Part shown: piece by piece, positions 12,301-25,200 of the stretch
How positions within the stretch are numbered: the stretch's first letter is position 1
Layout: the number at the start of each line of letters is the position of its first letter
Assembly: GCA_905178155.1 (NCBI GenBank)
Contig: CAJINV010000020.1
Span: forward strand, 1,250,016 to 1,314,015
Length of the DNA stretch: 64,000 bases
DNA from: Amoebophrya sp. A120
Lineage: Eukaryota > Protista > Dinoflagellata
Reading direction: 5' to 3'
Notes under the pieces: generated by a model
The model's database searches: none
Seen by the model: only the letters and a program-made list of their open reading frames with translations
Told to the model about the DNA's origin: nothing
Made by a program: the position numbers and the translations under genes

Positions 12301-14562
12301 AGTGCAAGGCCCAATTGGGTTTCAATGTGCCCAGGGTATCGGTGAAAAGCCCCGCGACGATGAGCCGCACCTTGCTGTAGCGGTTGTCCGTTCGCAGGAC
12401 CTTCTGCAGGTTGTCCGAAAACTTCGCTGCCGCTATCCTGTCCATGCTGGACGTAAACTCGTCGACGCACACTATGACCTCGCTTCCTGGTGCCCACGAT
12501 GCTTTGACGAGAAGCAGTGCTATCTGAACTCGCTGCTGCTCCGTCGTAGAGAGTATGCATTTCAAATATGTCTGGGTGTGGATTTCTTGTCATGCAAGTT
12601 TTCAAGGTGGACAGCGAGTTCTGTGACGCACGAATACAAATCGCCCAGCGCGTTTCCCTTTTTGTCGTGCTGCAAGTCAGTCTGTCAACATGCGATAGCG
12701 ATTGACAATCACGAATGAATCTGCATTAAGAATCAACATCGAATAAAATAAACTTGTAATACGCTGATGATTGCTGTGCAAACGGCTACCCCTACCCTGC
12801 AGTGCGGGTATAGGCAACACAAGTTTCCAGACCCAGAAAAATTTGCAATGTATAGATAGCTCGACGTACGTCCTCCCAAGAGTCTCGGCCGGCAGCTGTG
12901 TCAACTTCGGCCCTTCGGGTGCATCACTGTCCGCGAAGAGATCCGAGACGGGTGCAGCTGTTGCTGTGGCAGCACTGCCCTGCAATTCCTCCAGGTCCGC
13001 CAAGTCCGAGAGAATTACTGGCGCCTCCGGACCTCCTTCCACCTGCGGAATGGCAAGGATTTGGCGCATTGCCGTCGTCTTCCCGCTGCCCGAGGGCCCG
13101 ACTATGTAGCCGATTTTTGCGCTGTATGTCGGCTGCCCGGGGGGCTTCGGATCCACTACGCCCGTGAACACGCGATGGCGGGGGTTCACCATGTGGACCG
13201 AGGTCGTGCTTTCGCCATCGAATTCGAAATCGAAGGCATGCGCCGCATCGTACACCTTGTCACTCATAGGAATTCTTCTCGTCAGCCGCTTATCCAAAAG
13301 AGAAAGTCAGCGCGCTAGTGTAGGCGTGATAACAAAACAAAAAATATGCTCTTGCACACCTGCAGCTACTAGCGGATTCATCAACTCATGTCCATCATCA
13401 TCAAATTCATAATCATAGATTACGGCTTGGCAACGAGGACATGATCTAACATGACACCTCCGTGCGTTGCTGTGGTGTGACAGTCGAATTAGCTGAAGCA
13501 CAGAACTACACGAGCGTGCTCATCATTTGCGGGGATACTCTTTTTGTAATGTTGCGCCCGGACGTATCAGCTTTCTCCCGAGCTTCTTCACAAGTCCCTC
13601 ATCCGCATCGAGGTCATTCGCTTCGTCCGCAGGCTGCTCGCCGGTCCACGCTTTCCTCGTCGCCCAGTATCCCTGTGGGTTGATATACCTGTACTCGCGG
13701 TCGAAGATCTGCATCCCGGGCGCCGAAAAGGTCAGCACCGGACGGCAAGGTTGATCAGTGGGGCGGCGAATCACCTCACCGGAGTCCGCAAGGACTACCC
13801 ACTCTGGCTGCAGGAACGCGACGGCCTCCGGCTTTGTCGTGGCGACCAACACGCCCTGGAGGTTCTGCGTCCGCACCAGTTTCCCGAACGACGACGCCAT
13901 GGAGGCCGCGGAGTTGGGCTCGACGACGGCGGCGAAATCGTCGACCACCATGAAGCTCTTGACATCCGCCGCGAGTCGTGCTCTGCTTTGTTCCCCGTTC
14001 GACAACGCGGAGTAGGGTCGACACCAACTCGGTATCTGGGATAGTTATTTTTGTTCGAAGATCAGAAGCATTAGCATATCCATCGCGGAAGTGCTTTCTT
14101 GACGTCTCCACAAAACCACTGCGCATGTCAATGATACTGCTATTGCCATGAAGCAAGCATGAAAACAAAAACGCGCAGTAGCATTCTCTATTGAAGCAAA
14201 AATCATACATAGTCACGATAAACAAGAATCGACATTCGTACCTTATTCAAGCCCACCGATCCCAAGTTGTCCATGGACAATTGGGGATGGTCTATTATTG
14301 CCTTTTCCGCGTTTTCCCTGCGCCCAAACCAGGCTGTTCCACTAGCTGACTCGCCGACGTTCTGCTGCGATTCCACATTCAAGCCGTTGACCTCCCGTAG
14401 ATACCTCTTCATCGCGATTAGCTTCCTTGTTTTTCCGCTAGCTGACGGTCCTATCACCACACCGATTGCAAACTGTTTCCGCAACACCGACTTGATGTCT
14501 TCGGAGAGTTGCTCGCCAGCGACCAGCGGGCCCGCGGTCATATCCACGTCTAGAGACGTCAT
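9398..14562 (-). CDS. Tandem ABC-type ATPase modules + GNAT acetyltransferase + C-terminal UBA/CUE-like helices (~1430 aa; start uncertain)
   Basis: Walker A GPSASGKT and GPSGSGKT; signatures LSNGEQ and LSTTEQ; Walker B VVDDF and CVDEF; GNAT motifs FKNHHYL, RLVVLPEFQGYGIG, SVTAHP. Introns: GT-AG 14036-14241 and IR types at 13291, 12554 and 10134. Confidence 0.8.
10134..10242. mobile_element. Inverted-repeat introner (family E), in frame and stop-free
   Basis: TIR aatccacagaaaaaaacccatccacatc vs tatccaggaaaaaacacccgtccacatc. DR ccgtt at 10129-10133 and 10243-10247. Two TGCATGACAAA motifs. 114 bp including DR. Confidence 0.85.
12554..12854. mobile_element. Inverted-repeat introner (family B)
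   Basis: TIR tatgcatttcaaatatgtctgggtgtgga vs tatacattgcaaatttttctgggtctgga. Imperfect DR gagag/gatag. Removing 306 bp gives RTYVELSTTEQQR (ABC signature region). Confidence 0.88.
13291..13537. mobile_element. Degenerate inverted-repeat introner, readable as a GA-AG intron
   Basis: Ends tatcc...agcgcgctagtgtag vs tatcc...agcacgctcgtgtag. DR has decayed (ccgct/ctctt). Removing 252 bp joins ATLQK|RLTRRIPM in frame. Confidence 0.6.
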
Positions 14563-15838
14563 CTTGGTTCCTTGCGGCCGCGCTTTCTCGTCAGTAATTC
14601 CGGAGTGGTTGGTGTTCGACGGAAGGCGAAGGCTTCACTTCAGAAAAGGAAAATCGACAGCACGGCGTTTAGGTGGTATCGAAATCGATGAAGGTATAAA
14701 ATTCATAAATCATGGTCACCATCACACACTTTGGTGCTAATGTACATTTCATTTTGTGTTCTTTGCCACGGAGAATGATGACGAATCAATAAAGACAGTC
14801 ACAGTTCATGTTGATAAAAAATGAGAAGCAATAGCAAATTTCAAAACTACTCACAACTTACACGATAATCATAATGTACTGGTCTCTTTCTCAGAACGAG
14901 TTGGTTCCCATCTTTTTGTTTCAATTACACATCACAATTTGCTTTTTCTTTTTCTACTCCCAGAAAAAAACGCTAGAAGAATTTGATTTTCATTTTCTTT
15001 TGATTTTTCCCCCTCCATCATTCATGCTTGTCTATTATATTGTGGTCGTAGATGTCGCCTCGAGTTCAAGGTTCCTTTGTGTCGCAGCTAGAATAAGGGC
15101 GAGACAACCTACTTTCTAAAAGTTTCTTCAGCAACATTTGTAGTTGCGAGTAATTGTAATACTTACAGAGACTACGCATCAATCGACCAGATGAAAATGT
15201 AACTCATCAATTCTAGAAACCCGGATGTACGAATGCCTCATACCAAACGACCACCGCCCTGGGCATTCCAACAAAAATTTCTCAAATACACCCCCTAAGA
15301 ACGTACCAAAGATCCCTCAACGCTCTCGCTCACTCGATTCGCTTCCACTCATATTTCTCATTTCAGGGTAGATAAGAAGATCAAGAAGATCAGAATGAAG
15401 TCGTATCAAGTAGCTGGGCTTTGTGATTTATGAAAATTTCAGGGTGGAAGATGGGACGCATTTTAGTTTTGTTCTCGAAGAGCGCATTGATGAATAATTT
15501 ACATTTTTTACAGGGGAAGACAAAGACAAGCTCGATCTGCACGCGATAAGATTTTCCTCAACGCATTTCGATTTCGATTTTTGTTTTTCGGAACACTAAG
15601 CCGAGCGGACCAGGACAAGGACATCTAGCAAGAGTCGCAAGGAAAACGACAAACCAAAACAGTGGCTAGTAGAACTAGAACAATCTGATGAAAATGAACG
15701 TTTGACTTCATATGGGCCTATGCGCCAGGTCGTTGTAGTTTTCCTCCGTCCACCTACAGAAGTGGTCTCAACAGTGTTCGTGTACATCTACATGTTCGAA
15801 TGCATTTCAGCATCACAGATTATACGACGGTCGTCGTG

Positions 15839-18033
15839 TCATTTTGAGGACATCAAGATTCTCCTATCGCCGTGTTCATTCAATCCTCCCCGTGCACCAC
15901 CAGCCACACCACCTGCTCCCGCATAGCCATACGGCATATAGGATGTTGTTGAGCTTGCATTCATCATATTTGGTTGCTGTGCGGCGGCGTAGATCGTTGG
16001 TGACGAGGCCTGTTGCTGCATTTGTGGCGGATAGCCACCTGTAGCATTCCCTGGATTCGGATTTCCGTACGCCATGCGCTGTGGCTGCTGAGTGTAGCCT
16101 CCGTAAAGTTGCGTTGGAATTTGGTGTTGCTGTGCTGGGGTTGTACCGCTGTTGTACATGATCGCAGTGTGCATGGGCGGACTGCTCGGTGGCGTTGCGT
16201 ACACAGCCATTGGATTATTTCGTGGGGCGGGTTGGAAAAGCAGCTGACTATTTGACATCATCGGTGGCGAAGTTGTACCTCCGCTGACTGTGTCGTGTGT
16301 ACTCCCCCGCCGGTACTGCGGCGAACTCGGCGTGCTCTTCGTGCCCGAGCTGTTGCGAAAAAAATCTTCTACTTCGTTGTGCATCATGGTCGTGCGCGGC
16401 CGCGCGTACTCGTATTGGGGCGAGTAGGTCGACGGTGGCGGCGTCGGCCGGGAGAGGGACGACGTTGTTGATCCCTGCGCTGGCATCGTCGCGCGATTCG
16501 ACGCGTTGTACTGTTGGGATTGATTCAGCCTGGAAGACGCCATATTTGTTCCGCTCTGCACAGAAGTTAGTTCTGGTCTACTATTTCTCGCGCTGATCCC
16601 CTGGTCCTCGCCCTCCATATTGATTCCGAGCAGAACCTCGCCGATCTTCTTGTTTTTGTGCTCCAGCGTGACCCAACCCTCGAATTTGCCGCGGAAGTTT
16701 CGGAGAACTTCCTTTACGGAGACGTGCGACTCGCCCTCGCGCTTGTTCATGCGAAATGTGCGTTGCCCGTGAAGAATCACCTGCAGGTAGCTGTCCGTGT
16801 GCCAGTGGAAAAAGGTGAAGTTCTCGACGCGGTCGCAGTAAACCTGTGGATTTCAATCCGTGAGTAGCGTTGAAAGTGATGAGATGCAAATCGATAAAGA
16901 TGAGATAGCGTTGCAAGAAAGCACCTCTTCCATGTATCAAGATAAAGATGAAGTTGTGTTTCAGATGCACCAGAAGTCAACAAGACGATGCCGTAGCAGA
17001 AAATTTGTACCAGTGCCCTTGGTTGGTGCAACTCTGTCCAGGTCATCATCTGCTGGGACCTGCCGTCCAGCGCCACCTCGATTTTGAAGGTCCCGGCTTT
17101 CTCCAGATTCCGGAACCCCATCACGATCACTTCCAGCACGGAAAACTTTGTTTTATTGTTGTCCTCCTCCTCGTAGTATTGGTCCTCGTTTTCCTCGTCA
17201 CTGAAGCCTGATTCGCTAGTGCTGCTGTCCGCGTCGTAATTCCTCTGCGTCTCCGGGAAATCGCCCCGTCTAGCTCCTGCCGGCGGCGCCATCGGCGAAT
17301 TTCCGCGGGAAGTTGCGCTATGCCAGTCGGGGGAACTGGAGGAATTCGTTGTGGTGCGTTGGGGGTAATTCCCGTTATTGTTGAATGAGCCCGGTCGGTT
17401 ATTGAAATTGGAGTTTTGTTGGCCCTGCTGGGTTGATGAACCTCTGCCAGCTGCGTTTGGTCTCTGATTGTTACCAGTACGTTGCCCACCTCGCGAGAAG
17501 TCCTCAAAGGGGTCGAAGTTTGGCGGCACTGCAGACTCAAAAGGATCGAACCCGGGAGGCACTTCTTGCTTCGGCTGATTCGTCGTCCTGTTCGCAGATG
17601 AGGAAGCTGCGCCTGCAGCTCCGGGTCCGGAAGCAGGTGTTCCAGTTGTTGTTCCGGCCTTTGGCTTCGCCGCGCCACCAGTGGTCGTTCCTGCTGTGGC
17701 CGGTTTTGCTGTTCCAGCTGCTGCTGCGTTTTTCGCATTGCCTGCTGCAGTAGTTCCAGCTCCACCCGCACTGGACTTGTTTTTCGTTCCTGTTTTGTTC
17801 GCGTCTGTCTTTTTCTTCGGTTTGTATTTGAAGTTGCCCGTCTTTTCATCGTAAAGCCGGTTCAGTTCTCGGTAGGACGAGTCTATCCGCTGAAACTCTG
17901 CCGTTTCCCCCTTCTTGTCCGGGTGGTGGATGCGAACCAACTCTCTGTACTTCGCCTTGAGCAACTTCTGGGTCGGATACAACAGCTGAATCTCGTCCTG
18001 GTCGGGACGGGAATCTAGGCCGTAGTACTCCAT
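15839..18033 (-). CDS. DnaJ-domain protein with a C2-like domain and Pro/Gln-rich tail (~675 aa; termini uncertain)
   Basis: KAKYRELVRIHHPDKKG..FQRIDSSY (J domain, HPD motif); VLEVIVMGFRNL...GWVTL...KIGEVLLGI (C2-like). GT-AG intron 16844-17010 restores the frame. Confidence 0.78.
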
Positions 18034-19255
18034 CGCGCGTACGAAAGCCCGCCTCTATTGGTCGGTGCGTGCTTGCCAGAAGAGCTTAGGCGGTTCCGCG
18101 CTCGCTCAAGAGAGCCTCAGGAGCTTCGCCATTGTCTTCTTGTTTGCAAAGACTCCCTGTTAGCTCAAATACGAGACTATAGGGATCATGACGCTCCTGA
18201 GACGTGATTATATTGCGGTGAGTGAAGCCAAAAGAAAAAGATACTGCTATTGCATATGCAAATATTGTGCTCAAAGAACTTTTACTTTATGGATCGCGCA
18301 TGATAGAAAACATATGTTTCAGTTTACCTTTTGCGCAACCGCAATCGCAGTGGTATTGAAGTAGATGCTTTGGACTGAGGACATCAAAAGTTCTTCCCTA
18401 TGTATGTGTGTGAACGGAGAGCGAAATACAAATACTCGAAAAACTAGGACTACGAATAAAACGTAAATATGCGTCGAAAGTTTCGTAATTCATATCATAC
18501 TCATATGAGAACTTCTAACCACCGGGGTCCTGCATTTGCGAATGCTAGATTACTGCTTTGTTTTCATGGCACTTTGCCTGCCACTTCACAACCAGAGTTC
18601 CCTACCAAATAGACGTCTCCGCTCGGTAATTGCACGCTGTTTTCCGTGTAAGTACGACCACCAGTTTTGTGTAGCACGATAGCAGTTGTGATAAAGCTTC
18701 ATACAGCCATGGCAACCGATGCGACTAGGCGTAGCTGCCTTGTAGTTTCGTAGCTGCCGACTAAACACTTCCGGTTTTTTCATCTCACGAAACGACAAAA
18801 ACGATTTTGCGATGCGCATGCTCTGTGTTCACGAAAAAACAACCGAAACAATTTGAATTTTTGCCCGTTCAAAGATATTAACCGATGCTGTTTCGGCCCT
18901 TGCCGTGCGGTGGAGGCATCCGAAGCAAAAAGAGCGAGCGCAGGCCCAAAAATGCTACTTGCAGTAGACAGTTTGCAAAGTAGTAGTCCTGAAGCTGTTC
19001 CAGTTGTCTGCTTCTTCAACGAAGTATTCTCTTCATTGTCTCTACTGTTTGTACGAAGACCAGTTTTGCACTGTAGTTCATCGGGTTGTAGGATGATCAA
19101 AAATCCTCGCCAAATTTTTTTCCAGTTTTGCACTGGTGGCATTCTGGCCTTTCTATTGATTTTCGGTATTTCTATTTGAATCGCTCTAATTTTTTGGCCC
19201 AGTAGAATATCGTCAGTTTCGAGTTAATCGGGATTTTTGTTGCAGATGCAAAACC

Positions 19256-22200
19256 CTACAAATTCGTCCCCGCCCCGCCCCCTCCGCTATTGGAAGCTGC
19301 ATGCAACTTTTTCCAGCGCCCGAGAAACTGCGCCGCGTCCTTCAGCACTGCTTCCGCAAACGACCGGTAGATGGAGCGCTTGATCGATGTCGTGTCCTGC
19401 TCTACTGCAGGTCCGTTTGTTGCTGATCCTGTCCCAACATTCGAAAAGTTCGCACCCGGTTGCTGCGTCGTCGAAGCGACCGTCTGATACCAGACGACCG
19501 CCTGGATCAACACCCGCACAAGCTTTACACACCCCTCAAAGGTCCATTCCTCCACCACTTTCAACGTTCGCGGGGTGGCCAAAGCAATCAGCCGGCTCTT
19601 CTGCTCTTCCACACTCTGCCGCCGTCTGTCCTTCCACTCCTCCTCGTTTTTCTGGAAAATACCGACCACCTTGGCCGCGGTGGCCACGTCGTGCGCTGCG
19701 GTCGAGAGCAACGTGGGGAGTTGATCTGCTGGATGCAAATTTTTATCGTCCTCGTCGACGCGGCCATTATTTCCTGCAGTGCGAATATCACCTCCTGCGT
19801 CGTTAGTCGTTCCGCCTAAAACAACAGAATCTGCTGCTGCGGCCTTCGTGTCTATCATGTCAACATCCACTTCATCTGCTACTTGTTCGTCACCGCCTTT
19901 GCTTTCAAAAATCTTTTTGTTTTCGGCAAAAGACCCAACGGCTTTCTTCAAGTTTGTTCCATCTTCATTTTCACTTCCCGGTTCAGAATCATCTTCTTGA
20001 GAGTCTCGGGGTCGTGTGCCAGGGCCCGAGCTGTCCACGCTTTTCGGCGAGGTCGGACTGGTCAGCGCGCTGTCTTTGTTTACTACAATCTCGCCGTTGT
20101 TGTTGTTGAAATTGAATTGCTGCTTCTTGTTTCTGTGGTTCATGTTGTGTCTTGGACCACTAGTACAACTGCGCTCAGCTTTCTCCTTTTCCTCCTCCAG
20201 AATAATGACCTGCCAAAGATCAAACACTCGCTCCAAAAACCCGCGCTCCCGCACGTGGACATCTTGCAGCGTACCGAGAAGCTCGCGTAGGAGGAGGAGC
20301 AGCGCGGATCGGACCTGCGCAGTCCGGATGGTTTTTTTGGACAAGTCCTGGTCAGTTTCGTCTTCCAAAAAATCGTCCTCGTCCACTGACAAGCAGGCTG
20401 CAGCGGCCCCGCCTACCGGGGAAGCAGGCGTAAGGTCATGACCGTTCTTCGCACCAAACTTGTTCTCAACATCGCCTCCTGTACGAAAGTCCCCGACAAC
20501 TACTTCCGTTGTCTTCATCTCTGAATTTACTGCAGCTGTAAGTGGTGAAAGCGCTGATGATGAAAACGATGTTCGTGCCTGTTCTTTCCGCACTCCGAAC
20601 AGGTAGAAAACTTTTTCGCAGAACACGAGCTCCCTCTGCCGAAAAAGAAGCAGGGCTGCCGCGCGCTCCAGCAATTCCAGTGGTTGCACAATACGTGGAA
20701 GGTGCTTTTTTTCGTACTCTGGGAAAAGGTCAGCGACGTAATCCTCGACCGTTGCGGAAAACAACGAAGGGAGTTGGTGTGATTGTGAGTGGTAAGAAGA
20801 AGAGCTTTGTTGCTGTTGCACTGCTGGAGCTGGCCCCTCGTACAATCGCATACAGAGTCTGCGAAACACCGGCAGCACTTGCTGCACCACAAGACAGGTG
20901 TCATTGCCACACCAAAAGGTCCTATTTGGTTGCTGGGAAGAACTCGTCGCGTTTTGACCGCTATGATTACTCGCGCCTCCTGCGTAGTAGTTCTGCCGAC
21001 TTGTCGTCGCCCCCGCTGGCGTGGTGATTGTGACTCCGAGAGCGGACTTGCTCCCTCCCGAAGAGTGCTGCTTGCCGACTGCGTGGCCGCCTCGTTGGTC
21101 CTGCTTTCGCGCAGATTGCGCGCCACTATTGCCGGGGATACTCAGATGCGATGACCCATTCCTATTGCTAGTACCCATCCCAGAATTCGTCTGTTTCTTG
21201 TTCCTGCTGTTTAGTTTCACGCTGACTAACAAACTGTCCAGAACCAGCGCTGGCATGGAAATGAGCGTCGCGTCAAATGTGCTGAGATCCGGGTAGCAGT
21301 ACTCATCTTCCTGCGTTCTTGTGCCTGCTCCTGACGCTGCATCAAAGAAACAAGTTTGATTCGCCGCGGCTGCTGCGTTCTTGCCGCCGCGACCGTGCCT
21401 GTTACTTCCCCGCGCAGCTCCTCCTACTGCGCTCCCGCCGGTCTGCGGCGCGAACAGGCTGCCCAGGAGCGTCGGTGTGGATGAAGCCTCGAGCTCGGTT
21501 TTGTTCTTTGGAGACACGGCATTTCCACTGCCTGCGGACCCAGATTTGGAAGTACCACCACCCGGCCCACTGCCCGAAGTCGCTTGTCCTGGTCCACCTG
21601 CCGAAGAGGACGCTGAACTAAACGCATCACTCGGACACGCCAACAAAGTCCAGAGAAACGGAATCTTTTCCGAGGCACACAGTCTCCGCGCGCGGTCCAC
21701 GATCCTCGCGAGGAGATCCGGCGGCAGCGACGGCGAGGCACGCCCCCAGACGGAGGTGAGTTTCGACCATGGTAAAAGGTGGAACTCGTACAGATCGGAG
21801 GATTTATTGTTCCCGCCTTGATCCACATTCGATCGCGATGAGTGCTTCGCACCGACAAACGTCGTGGTTGCGTGACTGATCAGGTCCAAAGGTTGCAAAT
21901 TGAGATTGCTACTTGCAATGTTGTTGCCGCTTGCGACGACCTGCAGTGTGCTCGAGCTGTGACCCCGAGAAGAGGACGATGTGGATGTGCCGGTGAGTTG
22001 TTTCTTGTTGTTTATCAATCCCGTTGCGCCCGTGCTTGACTTACTCGACTGATTTTGTTCCTGTTGCTCTTCTAGCGAGCCGTGCCGAAAATTATTTGCT
22101 CCCCGCGAAGAAGAGGCTGAAGACCCGCCTACGACAGCACCGGTCGCGCCACCGTAACTGTGAAGATGACCGTGAAAATTATGACCCGCGCCCCCCGCGT

Positions 22201-25200
22201 TGGAGGAGGAGTTCGTCACGCTGTCTTGGTCCGGCTCCCTGCTGGAAGACCCTTTCCGACGGCCTCCATGTGGAGATGATCTTGCTCCAAATTCTTGCTC
22301 AACGCCGCCGCGGTCGACGAGTTCTACTTGCGGAATAAATGCAGCCTTGTTTGCGCTTTGTAAACCGGCCGGAGTGCTGGACATGAGCGTGTACGGGTAT
22401 AATTCGGATCCTGCTACGGTCCCGGCATGATTAGTCGACGTAGTATAACCAGCAGGAGAAATCGTCAGCACCAATCCGTTCCGCAGCAACCTCCCGCTGC
22501 GTTTCACCGTCTCCAGCCGCCGTCCGATCTTGGCAAACCGGTAAACCGCGTTTGTCTGCGCGACCATTTCCGACAGCAGGACTACCCGGCTCCAGGGCCA
22601 GGCATTCAGGGAAAGCGTGTTGCTGTTCAGTGAGAAATAAATTGCGTTCAGCTGGTGCTGCTGATGGGTCCCAGAGTGGTTGTTGTATCCAGCGGAATTG
22701 TGGTCTGAGTCGCTCATTCCGTTTGTCGCCTGCAGGTAAACAAAGCAATCGAGTAAGTCCTCGACGGAAAATTGAAAATCAGCATGATCTCCTCGATACA
22801 AGTTTACTTGGCGACTTTTATTTGCGTTTGCCACTCGTGGCGCGTGATGTGCTTGTAGTTGCCGTTTCGCCTTCAAAAAAGGCACCACTCGACGATCCAA
22901 TTCTTCTACGAAGGGGTCCAACGGCCGACAATAGGCGACAAAGGGCAGTAACCCCCGGTAGAGTTGTTGGAGAAAAATCTTTAGTTGCGAGTAGCGGAGG
23001 CATGAGGACGGCTGTGAAAATCGTCCTGGCATTGCCAAAGGGCCGGCAGTTTTGCAGCTTCCACCGTTTAGTATCCCGAGATTCAACAGCAAACTCAATC
23101 GCTTCCGGACAGTGCTGGTGAGCAGCCGACTCGGATTATGTTCCGCCCCACCAGCAGCTCCCCGGGCCGCATTGACTTGCGCGAGCGAGGCGCTATTGGT
23201 TCCTGTTTGCACTTTCGGCAACCCGAGGTGGGCTTGCAGGAGGCCGTTATCTACCTGCTGTAGTCCGCGCGCAGCAGCACCGCCCCCTCGCTTACTTCCT
23301 TGTCCCCGGGCTCCGTAGCAAAGCGCGGGCGGACTAGAACGCGCACGAGTCCGTGAGGAGCAGATGAACTCCAAGAGAAAACCTTCGTCAAAGACGTCAT
23401 TGAAAAAAGCCCCGTGCTTGTTTGTTCCTGCAGTAGTAGACACACCCTGCGCTGTATTACCGGCGCTTGTACTACTACCTGCTTGATTCGACGCTGTCGA
23501 AGAGGTGGACGACCCCAACGCCACTGCAAACGCTTCGTGAAGCGGACTTGCCGCAGCTGCTCCTCGGTTACTACCGAGTCCAAAGCCGCCAGGCCCCCGC
23601 TGACCCTGTCCTCCGCCGCGTTTGCCACTCCGTTCCCCAGAGCCTCGGCGCTGCTCGCCACTGGAATTCAGCAACGACCCCTGTCGGTGGAAGCTGCTTT
23701 TTTCGGCGACCATGGCCCGGGACGCGGACCGGAGTAGGGTCGGACTTTTGGCATCTTGTTTCGTTGGGCTTGTTCCAAGGCTGGCGTTGTCCCGCCACAA
23801 CACGGTGCACCGACCTTGCAGACTCTCTTGCTTCGCGGCCTCGTAGACCAAGAGCCAGTTTTGCTGCACTTTGGAGAACGGCACATGCGACGCAGAACTA
23901 CCCGCAGCGGGGAGCTTCCCAATGCGGGCCGCGAAGGGGGTGACCGCGGCATAATTTGCAGAAGCATCTTCGTGTCCTCGGAGGTGTTGCACTAGTCCTC
24001 CGCGTGCTACACCGTGATGTGGCAGAGAAGTTACACCCGTATAGCAAGCAGAAGAATTGTTCCAATACGAACAGCCCCCAGGGAGCCTTGATCCTGGCAG
24101 CAATCTCTCCGTCAGCGCACACCCACGCAGCTCTTGCGACGGATGAAGCGGTAACACCTCCGGTTTCCGCAGGGCAAACAGCGCCTCGCCTTCCTGCGCG
24201 AGCAGCAGACGGTGCCCCGTTCTGCTCGTGGCCTTCTTTTTGTTTCCTTGCTGCTCGGCGCCCGTGCGCGCCGGAGCCAAATGTAGGAGCTCCTCGCCGA
24301 CCGAGCCGCGTAGCGAGGCCGTGCTAGTCTGCCGCATCGGCATCGCTTTACCCAACATCGTGCCGGCCTGGAGTGTGTTTGCAGGTAGCAGGTCACTTGC
24401 GCACAGAAGCAGCGCGTGCGAATCTTTTGTTTGCGTGAAGATTGAAGGTTGTAAAGAGAAATTTTCACAAGAGGCCACCACTCCACGGAAAATTACACAA
24501 CGATGTTGATGTAGTTTAAATTTTTCCGTGACATACAGATACATCAAATACATACAAATACCAGCATCACGAGCCGAAAGTCAACAATACCGCAGCATTC
24601 GAAGCTCTTGCGCCACCTTGATTCAACTGTCCTGGACCTGGCCTTCCTGAATTTTTTTCTGATGCTTTATTCGCGCTACCAGTCGACGTGTCAGATATCA
24701 CGCATCTTGGATCACTTTGCAGACCCGCACAGCTCGTCACACGAAGGACGTCGATGGATTTTTGAGAGGTTGAAGTTATTTGTGACGCAACTCGCAAGTC
24801 GTAAGCGAAGTTCAGACGGAAAGAGACATCTGCAAGAACGGTCGTCGAAGTTGATCCCGGGAAGAATTTCGCGACCGTTCCCCCGCCCGGGAGAATAGAC
24901 GCTGCTGAGAGAGTTCCTGAAGATGCGACATTCGCTCCAGACGCATTTATCCCCGCAGACGACTTCACAGCAGCCGCAGATTGAGTACTAGACGCGCCCC
25001 AATTTTGCTTCGCCACGTAGGAGCCCAGCTCCGCTTCGAGCAACGAGAGGCGCGTAAGGGAGCACCCGGCGCTCGCCGAGGACCCGCGTTGTCCACCAGC
25101 CCTGCTCGCTGCAAAGCTTGTTGTCGTGCTCTTGCTAGAGGCGAAAAAGGACACTCGCTTGCTCTGTTGTATACTCGCACCGAAGCCCTGCATGAGGTGC

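Noticed and set aside
15596-15787. Possible extra 3' exon of the DnaJ/C2 gene
   Set aside because: No convincing splice sites or TIR/DR found to link it.
18086-19142. Short minus-strand ORFs upstream of the DnaJ gene
   Set aside because: No recognisable homology and no consistent exon chain could be built.
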